From the human T2T-CHM13v2.0 reference genome, Homo sapiens: a stretch of DNA of 64,000 nucleotides. Each line of letters opens with the position of its first letter. Positions within the stretch are counted from its first letter, which is position 1. The position numbers were made by a program, and so were the translations under genes. The stretch lies in assembly GCF_009914755.1 (NCBI RefSeq), contig NC_060925.1. One strand, given 5' to 3'. Positions 12,252-23,150 of the stretch are shown here, piece by piece. Under the pieces are notes generated by a model. The model saw only the letters and a list, made by a program, of their open reading frames with translations, ran no database searches and was not told the DNA's origin.

Positions 12252-12405
12252 ATGTCCAGTGGCATGAGCCAGTTGATTGGGCTGAAGGAAAAGGGCCTGC
12301 CACAAATTGCCCGCCTCCTGCAATCTGGCAACTCTGATGTGGTGCGGTCCGGAGCCTCCCTCCTGAGCAACATGTCCCGCCACCCTCTGCTGCACAGAGT
12401 GATGG
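12252..12405 (+). CDS. PKP1: PKP1 exon 11 (154 nt)
   Basis: ctcttag|ATGTCC...GATGG|gtaagg; MSSGMSQLIGLKEKG...LLHRVM. Confidence 0.97.
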
Positions 12406-12764
12406 GTAAGGTCCCTCTCTCTCCTCCCCCTCTAGCTAAGACATGGCAGGCTCCCTACAATTCAAGCCTGCTTGAAGGTCATCCTTTAAGCCATTCCCTG
12501 GGATGAGCATTCCAAGAAAGGAAGCTGGCCAAAGACAGGTATGGAGACAGGAGAAGGGAGCCTGTCACCTGAGGGCTGGGAGCAGATCTGCAAAAGTCCT
12601 ATCTGGGTCTCTGAGCCCTGAGTTGGAGCTGCCAGGAAGCCCTGAGGGCCACCTGGCTCAGAGCCTGGCAGAAGGCTATCAAAGAGTGTGGCCCCAGAGG
12701 GAACCCCTCAGCCCTTCCTTCCCCAGTCATCCTGACCCTGTGCCCCAACTCGTTCCTCTCCCAG

Positions 12765-12951
12765 GGAACCAGGTGTTCCCGGAGGTGACCAGGCTCCTCA
12801 CCAGCCACACTGGCAATACCAGCAACTCCGAAGACATCTTGTCCTCGGCCTGCTACACTGTGAGGAACCTGATGGCCTCGCAGCCACAACTGGCCAAGCA
12901 GTACTTCTCCAGCAGCATGCTCAACAACATCATCAACCTGTGCCGAAGCAG
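12765..12951 (+). CDS. PKP1: PKP1 exon 12 (187 nt)
   Basis: tcccag|GGAACC...AGCAG|gtgggc; GNQVFPEVTRLL...IINLCRS. Confidence 0.97.
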
Positions 12952-13577
12952 GTGGGCGGGGGGTTGCTCCCACGGGCTGCACCCCAATCAGAGCCCCTCC
13001 TCACCCTGCACAGCAGGAAGCAGTCCCGCAGCTCTCCATGGAGTAGGGGAAGCACCAAGGGCAGGGGGAGCCAGGGACGGGGGAGGCTTGAATGGAGGAG
13101 AAGTTCCAGAAGCCGAGAGTGCGTGGAGAGAAGGGTCCAGCATCCAGGCCCCAGGGCTGCATGGAGGGAAGAGGCAACACACTTCCTGGCTGGGGGACTC
13201 GGGGGCACAAGGTCCTCAGAGGGCCAGCAGGAGGCATGGGGCAGCAGGTCCAACTGAATAGGGACTTTATCCTGCTCTGTGGGGCTCCCTCTTCCCCGGA
13301 CAAGGCTGGGGACTGGAGTGGAAGAGCACTGCCACCTCATGGCCCCTGAGGAGAGTCCTGGGGTGCTCTAGGTGGGCAGGGGCATGGGGTTGTGCCCACT
13401 GGGTAGGGTGACCAGGCTCACCACACCCCAATGGGGCTCCTCTCTTTTGCACACCTGAGGCCTCCTCTGAGGCCTCCCCTGTGTCCAGGCCCTGGCAGTG
13501 GGGGTGGGAGGGAAGAGGGTGCTCCTTCTCACACCTCCTGGAATCTCATCTCACAAATGCACTTCTCACCTGCCCAG

Positions 13578-13662
13578 TGCCTCACCCAAGGCCGCAGAAG
13601 CTGCCCGGCTTCTCCTGTCTGACATGTGGTCCAGCAAGGAACTGCAGGGTGTCCTCAGACAG
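13578..13662 (+). CDS. PKP1: PKP1 exon 13 (85 nt)
   Basis: gcccag|TGCCTC...AGACAG|gtaaga; ASPKAAEAARLLLSDMWSSKELQGVLRQ. Confidence 0.97.
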
Positions 13663-13705
13663 GTAAGAGCCCAGGACATCATCCTCTTCTGAGGTTCTTC
13701 CTGCT

Positions 13706-14140
13706 CATGAGCAGAGGGCCTGGCATATGCTGGGCTCTGGGCTGGGCACTAGAGAAACGCCCCTGCCCTTCGGGACAGTCTGAGAGACAAAGACAGCGTC
13801 TACGTGAAAATGAATGTGATGAACGTTCTGATCAAGTCTCTGGGCTCTGAGATCTGCGAGGGATGCTGAGAACATGGAGGGCAGAGGAAATCAAGGAAAT
13901 GTGTGAGAGGCCTGGGGTGGGATCCTTTAGGAGCAAACTGAAAAACAGAGTGGACAAAAAGCACACAAGTCTTTTGAGGGCATGGGGTTCACTCCAGCTA
14001 GAAAAGTAGGTGTGGGCTAGGTTACAAAACCCTTCTAATGTCAAACTGAAGAGCTTGGACTTGTACCTTTGGCACTGGGGAACCATTCAAAGTTTTGAAT
14101 AGAGGGTTTCATGATCAAAGCAGCACCAAAGCTCACCCTG
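13706..14140 (-). mobile_element. L2 LINE 3' fragment
   Basis: gagcttggacttgtaccttt...ggggaaccattcaaagttttgaatagagg...atgatc, typical antisense L2. Confidence 0.55.
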
Positions 14141-16585
14141 TGAGCAAGGCAGAGTGGGCTGAGAAGCCTGGAGGCTGCTGTCCTTGTCCTGTGGTGGCCT
14201 TGGCCTCCTCTCTGTCCTCCACCCCTCCCCAGCTAGCCAGGTACAGAGTCCTCTAGGGTATAAGGTCTTGTTGTATGACATCTTCACATGGCCTCTTCTT
14301 TCCCATTCCTCAGTGATAAGCATGGACATAAAGGACAGGAGGTGGAAGAAATGGAGCAGTGGGGCTGATTAGGCTGGAGCTTTTAGCTTGGAGACTATGG
14401 TTATATTCACAAAGACACATCAGATGAGGAGAGCCTGAGAAGGCTTTTAGGTGGGAGTAAGAGGGGTCCCAATTTGGAGAGGTTGAGTTTGGAAGACTTG
14501 GATGGGAGTCCAGGCTGGAGGTGGTGTGGGCCCTGGCAGAGGGGCCAGAGCTACCATACAGAGTGGAGCTTTGTTCAGGCAGGCGAAGCCATGAGAACAG
14601 GCAAGACCACCATGGGTTGCATGTGTATGGAAAAGTCTTGAAGGACAGGGCAGAAATATGAAGACCATCTGCTGGGGACAAGAAGGAGGAAAGGCCAGGG
14701 AAAAGAGGAACTGTGCAGGGTGCCAGAAGAGGCTGAAGACCTGGTAAGAAGAGAAAGCTCTAAGGAAGGCAGGGCAGCAGTTCCCAGGGCTACCTAGAGG
14801 ACCAGGGGATGGACACTGGAAAAGGCCCTGGATCCGGTGCTTCGGAAGTCTCTGGAGCCATCCAGGAGCACTGCTGGCCAAGCAAGGGGAGCCCCATGGG
14901 GCCTGCTGCAGTGGGCAAGGCAGTGGATGGGTATGGATGGGGAGTTGCTGAGAGGAGATGCTGCTCCCTGCAATTTAGCCTGCAGAAAAAGGAGCAAAAC
15001 AGTGGGTAAAAAGAGATCTGTTTAAAGACAGAGGAGACTCAAGCATCTCTGTCATGGGAGGAGAGGGAGTAGGCAAAGAAGGGAGAAAGACAGAGATGGA
15101 GGACAGGGAAGCCTGGGGATTGGTTGAGCAGCGTGGGGCAGAAGGAAGCCCAGCTCTTCCTCCAGCATGGCAGGGGACAATAAGGAGACTCATGAACGCA
15201 CGGTGTCCAAAGATGATTGGGGAAATCTGAAGGTCACAGCAAAGGGTGGCCCTTGTTCTCCATGTGACAATCCAGAGCTCCTTTCCAACAGCACTGCATT
15301 GAAGATGGGCTTGGCAAATGGCAACTGCCAGATAGACAAAGGGAGACGAGGAGGCAGGTAAGGAGGACTGGTGAGAGCTTCCTCCCGCTGTGTAATGGTG
15401 GTCCAAAGCATTCAGCTTACCCCAAAACACAGAGTCCACCCCCGGCCTAAGACACACAGAGAATCCACTGACATCGCTCTCGGTGGGAATTCCCTTCTAC
15501 ACATGCCTTTGGGAACCAGCGTCCCCATTCAGTCTCCACTCCTCCTTCCAGCTATGCTTGACAACCATCCTGGGCATGATCTAGTTGGTGCGTCTGTTCC
15601 CAAAGGGCCTTCACATCCATCATGCATTGAGTTGTCACAAGCACAGGTGAGACAGGCCACATGGCTTGTGTCCATTTTGCTGAATAGGGAATCAGGGTCC
15701 AAGGAGTTTGTCTTGATTCAGTGAGTCAGGGCATGAGCCATGCTCGACAGGAATGAGCATGCCAATCTGCAGAAGAAAAATGGCATCATGTAATACATGC
15801 CCAAAGACAGGAGGGGCAGGGCTTCGAACCGGCTGCTGTTTCGGATCCCCTATGCCATCTCCCCTCCTGTTCCCACAGGTCGGTGATGGCTGGCTTGGCT
15901 CTCAGAGCTCAGGGCTGGCAGCAGGACCCTCTTTTCAAGGGCACCTTGGCCTATTGCTGCATTCAAATCATGCTGTCCACATTCACTTGGAAGCATGTAT
16001 TGGGCACCTGCTGTATGCTGGGAGAAATAACAGGAATAAGACTCACTCTCCATCCAGCAGGCATTCAGGGGCTAGTGGGGCTGGAGGTGAAGAACAGACA
16101 AGTAAACAGAACCTTCTAGCACAGCGGCTTCTTACCAGTGCGAGCCCCCTGCTCCTGTGTTTGAGAAACAATGGGCATGTCCTCTCTGCCCAAGAGCTCT
16201 TGTCAGAATTGTTTAAAAAAAGAAAAGATAGAGGTGGTCAGAGGGAAGAACAATTGACAGCTTCTCTAATCTGATTTTGATTGTTGCTCTGTTTAAAAAA
16301 TAATACTAGCCTAAATCCTCACGCCTTGACTCAGGTTTCTGCAAATGCAAGTAGGAAATTCACATGTGTCAGTGGAAGTTCAAACACATTGCACCGACTC
16401 ATGGAGAGTTATTATGTTTTGTTACACAGTTACTGAGGCCAGTTTTCGCCCTGACACATGTACTTAGTGATAAGAGAGAGGCTGTGTGAGCCGAGGTTGC
16501 TCTGGGAGGGCAGTGGACAGTGTCTGACCCCACAGCAAGCCCCACACAGTTTTGTGTCATTTGGTTGCTGTTTCTCCCTTTGCAG

Positions 16586-16660
16586 CAAGGTTTCGATAGG
16601 AACATGCTGGGAACCTTAGCTGGGGCCAACAGCCTCAGGAACTTCACCTCCCGATTCTAA
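16586..16660 (+). CDS. PKP1: PKP1 exon 14 coding part (exon continues as UTR to 16692)
   Basis: ttgcag|CAAGGT...TTCTAA; QGFDRNMLGTLAGANSLRNFTSRF*; donor CAG|gtaaga at 16693. Confidence 0.97.
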   Translation, partial: QGFDRNMLGTLAGANSLRNFTSRF

Positions 16661-17189
16661 GAAGAGACTGTCCAAGCAAGTTAGGCTTGCAGGTAAGAAT
16701 CACCCCACCCTCAGGGATGCCTCTGGGACCACTGCAACAGCCTCAGCCAGTCTCAGAGACAAGGGCTAGGCCTGTGCTCCCAGGGACACAGAAGCATCCT
16801 TTTGCCTGGCTCTGGACAACACAAGCAGTTGTGTAGACTGCTTGGCTGGGGGCGTAGTTTGTCCCACCCTCAGGACGTTAGGGGTGTATAATGTCCTGGG
16901 AGTTTCAGAGGGGTCAGAGGGTCTGGGCAGGACTGCTAGGTACAAATGTGTGGGTTGTACACTGAACAACACAGGTGGTGCCCTTCACATGGACTACAGT
17001 GAGTTCTACAATATGGATAACTGGAGTTCTAGAATATGTCATTCTGGGCTTGGCCATACACAGCTCACTTTTTTATCCTTTTATAATTCACTTTCCACTC
17101 TCTGCACATGCCCAGTGTGGACAAGTTTATTTCCAGCTGATGATTCTAGGCCCCCAAAACTCAGAACCAATCCTATGACGAAGGCTTGC

Positions 17190-17351
17190 CAACCTCAGTG
17201 TTCATTGGAATTATATGGGTTGCTTGCTAAAATGCACACACTTGGCCCAGCCCCAGCTATTCTGACTCAATAGCCCTGGAGTGGGATCCAGGAAAGTCTA
17301 TTTTTAAACAAGCGTCTAAAGTGTTTCTGATGCGGGTAAACTGAGAATCAC
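17190..17351. mobile_element. MER5-like hAT MITE
   Basis: cttgctaaaatgcac...tctgactcaat...ctatttttaaacaagc...tttctgatgc...ctgagaatcac. Confidence 0.55.
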
Positions 17352-17897
17352 AAATAGAGATACTCCAGCCAGATGTCATCACCCCTAGAGAGGGGCCTCA
17401 GGGGCAGCCCAGCATGGAGCCATCTGCAAATAGCCTGGGATCAAGACAGGGTCTCCTGAGCTAAGGGGGACCTCTTAACCAGGCTGTCTGCCAGCACCCC
17501 CCACCCCAATCCCTGGTGGGGAGAGAGGACTGTAACTTTGGTCTGGATGAAGGTTAAATAAGACTTCAGATATCCTCTCCTAGTAAACAAGCTGCAACAA
17601 CTTGAAGGCAGAAAAGGGGAAAGAGATTCGGTTTGGCAAATCCTTAATGAACACCACCTTCTTTCTTAGTGAGGAAGACGGTGGGCAGGGGACACTGTGG
17701 CAGGGTGGCAAACAAAGCTGACAAGCTTCTGAATCCACAGGGCAATCTATAAATGTGTCTAGGGCAGCCTTGAATCCAGTCTCAGGCCAGGGCACACTTG
17801 AGGGCCGATGTGAGAAGAGGGTGGCAGTACAGGCTGGGCTTGTGGTGTGGAAACATCTCACTGTAAACACTAACTGGAGGACTTTCTCCTTTTCCAG

Positions 17898-20813
17898 GAA
17901 GATATGACCCAGCTGAGAAGCCCTCAGGCCTCGCTGGATGGGGTTTTCTGTCCATCCTGTGCAGTATTTGGGAAAGTTCACAAGAAACTGAGAAGAAACC
18001 TAAAAACTGTGGATAATGGAAAGATTTTTAGATTTTTTTTTTCCTTGGGGAAACTGACAGGCAATGGGGGTTAGGGAGGTTGGGGCCGGGGGGGCTTTCT
18101 TGAGTTAAAGGGGCTTATATGTGATGTCAATATTTCTTCCTCTGAGAAATGGTATATATATGTGTCTAATGTAAGTGTGTGCATGCATGTGCGCGTGCAT
18201 GTGTGTGTGTGTGAGTGTCTTAAAGCATAACCACAAACTGCAAAAAGCTAGGTAAGCTATTTTGTTGCAGCTCATAAGGTGGTGAAAAGGACTCTCCTGT
18301 GTTTCTTACTCATAGGCAAGGACAACATGTGCTTTTTGGTGAGCTGCTCATAATTCCTGAAATGTGTGGTGCCAGGGCAAGGGGGCCATCACTGCAGTCA
18401 GGCCCTCAGAGGAGTCCTGCAGGCTTCCTACCAGTGGTCTCCAGGGGTGCAGGAGTAACTGGGGCTGGGCCAGCCTCCCCACTTACAAGGCTGCTTTCCA
18501 GGAAGGGAGGTCTGGTGTATCTCATGGGAGAATCTGGGGTGTCTGTAATGTCACCCCTCCAGCAGCGCCACAAAGACTGAGGTTGGGTAGGTGTGGGGTT
18601 CCAGAGGACAGCAGGACACTCTCGCATACTTTGCCAAATGAGGCCTGCTCAGAGGAGTAGGAGCTGAAAGATGGTGCCTTCCACCCTCTTGGGCTGTGTG
18701 CCCATCAGAGCAGGCTCAGCCTGCAAAGTCCCTGCATTCAGAGGTCTTGTAATCTACTTGTTGCAGGAGAAAGAAGGTAAAAAATGATCTTTTTAAGAAA
18801 AGCTATTTTATTGCAGCTCTTTCCCAAGAGCTGTTCTGGGAATGGCTGGTCTTCATATTCCCAGTGGAGAGGGGAACAAGTGGGGCTGGGCATATACCTA
18901 TTCCGGCTTCTAGTGGGATGGAGTTGGGGTATAGAAATTAACCAGGAAGATGTTTCCACCAAGCCTGCTGTGAGTCAATTGAGGGAGTGTTTGGGGTCCC
19001 AGGAGACTTGGACGGGGGGAGTTTGGGTAGACTAGGAAAGGAAAGTGCCATATCAGGGTACCGGTACCGGCAAGCTCACATCTCAGCCAGGGGCCATGCC
19101 CCACTTCCCCTGACCCCAGCTGTCTTGTCTCCACTCTGTGAAACCCACAGGGGATGTGATAAACAGGGCTATTAGGGGTATCAGCCACGTCGAGCCCCCA
19201 GACTCTGTGCACTTCAGACCAGCAGCAGCAGGAGGGCTCCCGAGGGCCTTATGAGAAAACCTGTGTGGACATCCCTTGGTGTACACTAAGACAGAGCAGA
19301 GCCCAGCGCTCCCAAGCCTTCCTCCTTCCAGCTTCTACCTCCATGCTAGCATTGCTGGTGTTAGAGAGGAATTAACTTCCTGGTCTGTGCCCTTCTCTAG
19401 AAGAATATAAGATGCTCCTCCTCCTCACCCCTTCTCAGCCTCCTCCCAAGTCTTCCTCTTCTGCACCACCCCCGAGTCCAAACCCACCTCTTGCCCCAGC
19501 ATTCAGGCTGGAAAACACTGATGTGGACTCAGTATGATAACTGAGATGGGGGAAGCCAGACATGTGAGGACGCTGTCCTCCGAGAGGTGTCCCCGGCTGT
19601 TAGCCAGCTGTGCTGTGGTGCTGTGGGTCTGTCATACCCTCCCTTGCTTCTGTTCACACTGGGAGGCCCACTCCTGGCTCACCTCTCCCTCTCAGGGACC
19701 CACGTGGGAGCCTGGATCCCTGGACTGTCCTGGGCATAGGTTTCAGGGGCCTCCTTTGTTGTCATCAGAACCCAGAGGAATTCTTCTCCTAAAAAATACG
19801 TATGGCATACCAATCTGTGCGGGGCAGTGTCCTAAGCACTTAGACTACATCAGGGAAGAACACAGACCACATCCCTGTCCTCATGCGGCTTATGTTTTCT
19901 GGAGGAAAGTGGAGACACAAGTCCTTGGCTTTAGGGCTCCCCCGGCTGGGGGCTGTGCAGTCCGGTCAGGGCGGGAGGGGAAATGCACCGCTGCATGTGA
20001 ACCTTACCAGCCCAGGCGGATGCCCCTTCCCCTTAGCACTACCCTGGCCTCCTGCATCCCCTCGCCTCATGTTCCTCCCACCTTCAAAGAATGAAGAGCC
20101 CCATGGGCCCAGCCCCTGCCCTGGGAACCAGGCAGCCTTCCAGACCTCAGGGGCTGAGGCAGACTATTAGGGCAGGGCTGACTTTGGTGACACTGCCCAT
20201 TCCCTCTCAGGCCAGCTCAGGTCACCCGGGCCTCTGACCCAGGCCTGTCACTTTGAGAGGGGCAAAACTGAGAGGGGCTTTTCCTAGAGAAAGAGAACAA
20301 GGAGCTTGCCAGGCTTCATGTAGCCGACACACGTCTCAGGATTTTAAGTCCACATTGGCCTCACACTACGAGGGCCAATGCCCAAAATAAGGAGTTCCAA
20401 TTTGGGGCCAAATGAGGAAGGACACAGACTCTGCCCTGGGATCTCCTGTGCTAGCGGCCAATGACAAATCCAGTCATTGGCCACCAGCCACCTCTGCAGT
20501 GGGGACCACACTAGCAGCCCTGACTCCACACTCCTCCTGGGGACCCAAGAGGCAGTGTTGCTGTCTGCGTGTCCACCTTGGAATCTGGCTGAACTGGCTG
20601 GGAGGACCAAGACTGCGGCTGGGGTGGGCAGGGAAGGGAAGCCGGGGGCTGCTGTGAGGGATCTTGGAGCTTCCCTGTAGCCCACCTTCCCCTTGCTTCA
20701 TGTTTGTAGAGGAACCTTGTGCCGGCCAGGCCCAGTTTCCTTGTGTGATACACTAATGTATTTGCTTTTTTTGGAAATAGAGAAAATCAATAAATTGCTA
20801 GTGTTTCTTTGAA
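17898..20813 (+). other. PKP1: PKP1 exon 15, non-coding terminal exon (3'UTR)
   Basis: Acceptor ctttctccttttccag|GAAGAT at 17897/17898; runs to the AATAAA at 20789; end approximate. Confidence 0.85.
20789..20794 (+). terminator. PKP1: PKP1 polyadenylation signal AATAAA
   Basis: AATAAA with upstream TGTA (20757-20760) and downstream GT/T-rich tract gtgtttctttgaactttttc. Confidence 0.85.
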
Positions 20814-21171
20814 CTTTTTCGAGGAGTGGATTCTTTGGGGTGCTGTTGAGGGATGAAGGGGCTACTCATTTCCTTCCATGATCTCCTCTTACCCTGTACC
20901 AGGCAAGGACTGAGAATGCCACCCGGGGGCACAGGGACAGCGCTATCCATGGACACCTGCTCTACAGCAGCACATCGAGCCTCACCGCAGCTCCATGACA
21001 CTAGGATTGCTGTCCTGATTTTTAAAATAAGTAAAGCGAGACTTAGGGAAGGAACAAATACCCCCAGGGTCACACAGCTTGTAAATGTCCCCAAGCCTGA
21101 ACCCATCCAGGTGGGGCATCTGTAGGAAAGAGAAATTCAAAGATGAAGGTCAAGGAGTTGGTGTTTATTTA

Positions 21172-21413
21172 GTTTTATTTATTTACTTTTTGAGACAGGG
21201 GTTTTGCTCTGTTGCCCAGGCTGGAGTACAGGGATGAGATCATGGCTCAAAGAGGGCTCAACCTCCCAGGCTCAAGCAATCCTCCCAGCTAAGGCTCCCA
21301 ACTATGGGTCTCACTATGTTGCCCAGGCTGGTCTCGAACTCCTGGATTCAAGTGATCCTTCTGCCTTCGCCTCTCAAAGCACTGGGATTACAGGCATAAG
21401 CCACTGTGCCCAG
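21172..21413 (-). mobile_element. AluJ with internal deletion
   Basis: tttttgagacaggg...ggattacaggcataagccactgtgcccagc; central linker missing; TSD ggagttggtgtttatt/ggagctgatgtttatt. Confidence 0.9.
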
Positions 21414-21934
21414 CTGGAGCTGATGTTTATTGAATGCCTATTCTACCTGGGTTCTGTATTGGTGCTGGAGGGTCACAAAAACAAAGGATGTGATGGGCCC
21501 CAGCCTCAGAAGTCTCATAAGGGACAAGACAAACATAAGCAAACGAGGCATGTGTAGTAAATTCCAAGTAGTGCTGTGAACATAACCACCGTGGGCCATC
21601 AGTGCCAGTCAGGGCCACCTGGATGGGGAAGGTCAGGATGCTTGGGGAAGGGCTGAATGTGAGCTTTTCCCAATTTGAAAGAGTGGTGACTGGCAAGTCC
21701 TCTCTACTACAGCCCACGGCCCTGACCTCCTGGACCATCCCACAGTTTAGTAATGTCCAGAGAGGTCAGAGAGAAGGAGCTGTACCACGGACAAGAAGAA
21801 GATGGCCTATCTGTGGCCTGGACTGTTAAATACACGAGGCCTCGGACATCCAAAAAATGTTTTGAGACCTGAAAAATATGTATTGACTCCAAAATGTGAG
21901 ATCAAGTTACAAATTTACAATCAACAGATGTTTA

Positions 21935-22245
21935 GATTGCTAAGCTTTCATTGGAATATAGCATGCATGCAGAAACATGTACAACTGAAAATGCATGCAG
22001 CCCAATGAAGCTTCACAAATGAATAGCACCCAGACTGAGAAACAGAACATTACCAGCACCCAAAACCCTGCTCAGACCCCTTCAGGTCACCATCCTCCTC
22101 CCCAGGGGTAACCACTGTCCTGACTTCTAACACCGTAGATTAATATTGCCTATTTTTGAACTTTATATAAAGGAAGTCAACAGTAAGTCCATTTTTATGT
22201 TTGGTTATTTTATCTCAACAATATGTTTGCAAGATTCATTCATTC
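21935..22245 (-). mobile_element. Ancient L1 (L1M) 3' fragment
   Basis: aacagaacattaccagcaccc...gggtaaccactgtcctgacttctaacaccgtagattaat...ttgaactttatata. Confidence 0.8.
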
Positions 22246-23009
22246 CTATTCATGTTCCTACCACTGCCATATAATAATCTATGTGTAATTACGTTACAAT
22301 GCAAAATGCAATATTACATCATCGCCTTTGTTACATCTATTATTTATAAACAACTGGAAACAATTTGCGGATTAGTTGTCTCACTTCCTAAAAATTCCCA
22401 CATGTGATATAATTACTGGGAAATTACAACTAACAGTAAAGAAGTTCGATTTTACGTGGGACGTGGGTGCACTTAATGTGTAGGAGTGCCAAAAAGCTAC
22501 AGAAGTACTAATTCAACTGTCCCTGGCCAAGTGGGTGGCAGGCCCTCTGGCCCCTTCAGAGGACTGTCCAGTGAGAGCAAAAGGGTCCAGGAACAGATGG
22601 GCAAGACCAAACTGGGAGGCACCAGGAGCAGCTGGCAGCCTAAGCTGTGGAAAGGAGAAGGTCTCATGGTGCTGGAGGCTGAGTCTCCCAGACTCCATGT
22701 CAGGCTGCCTCCAGGTCTCTCTACCCTGAGCCCTGAAGCCATTTCCTCCTGTTGCCTTTGGAAGTATTCTGGCCTGGAACCCGATTCTCTCCACGAGAGA
22801 TAAAGCATTCATTGTGCATCATTTTTGGAATGCAGTGCGTTCCGTTGTCCAACACAGTTGGAGAAAAGAGTGAACAGAAGTCGTTAATAATAACAATAGT
22901 CTTTTTTACTTGAGGGGGCCACACATTAACTCCTTTTGCTTTCAAAGCCTTAGGGTGTTGGTTTGCTGTTTTGATCTTTACTTCATTCTAGTGAGACAGG
23001 CAGAGCCCA

Positions 23010-23150
23010 GAGTATTACATTTCAATTTATAGATGAGGAAACTTAGACCCAAAGAGAGAAAGTGACTTGCGCAGAGTCACGTGGCAAGTTTGTGGCGGAA
23101 CCAAGCCTGAGACTCAAGCCTCCTGTGTCCCAGCCCAAGTCTGCTCTGGT
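23010..23150 (-). mobile_element. MIR fragment
   Basis: atttatagatgaggaaacttagacccaaagagagaaagtgacttgcgcagagtcac. Confidence 0.75.

Noticed and set aside
12503-13261. Longest ORF in the window (252 aa)
   Set aside because: PKP1 exon 12 frame extended into GC-rich, stop-poor flanking introns; no independent gene evidence
21815-22525. Possible hAT-Tip100-type remnant flanking the L1 fragment
   Set aside because: Too degenerate to call without a profile search
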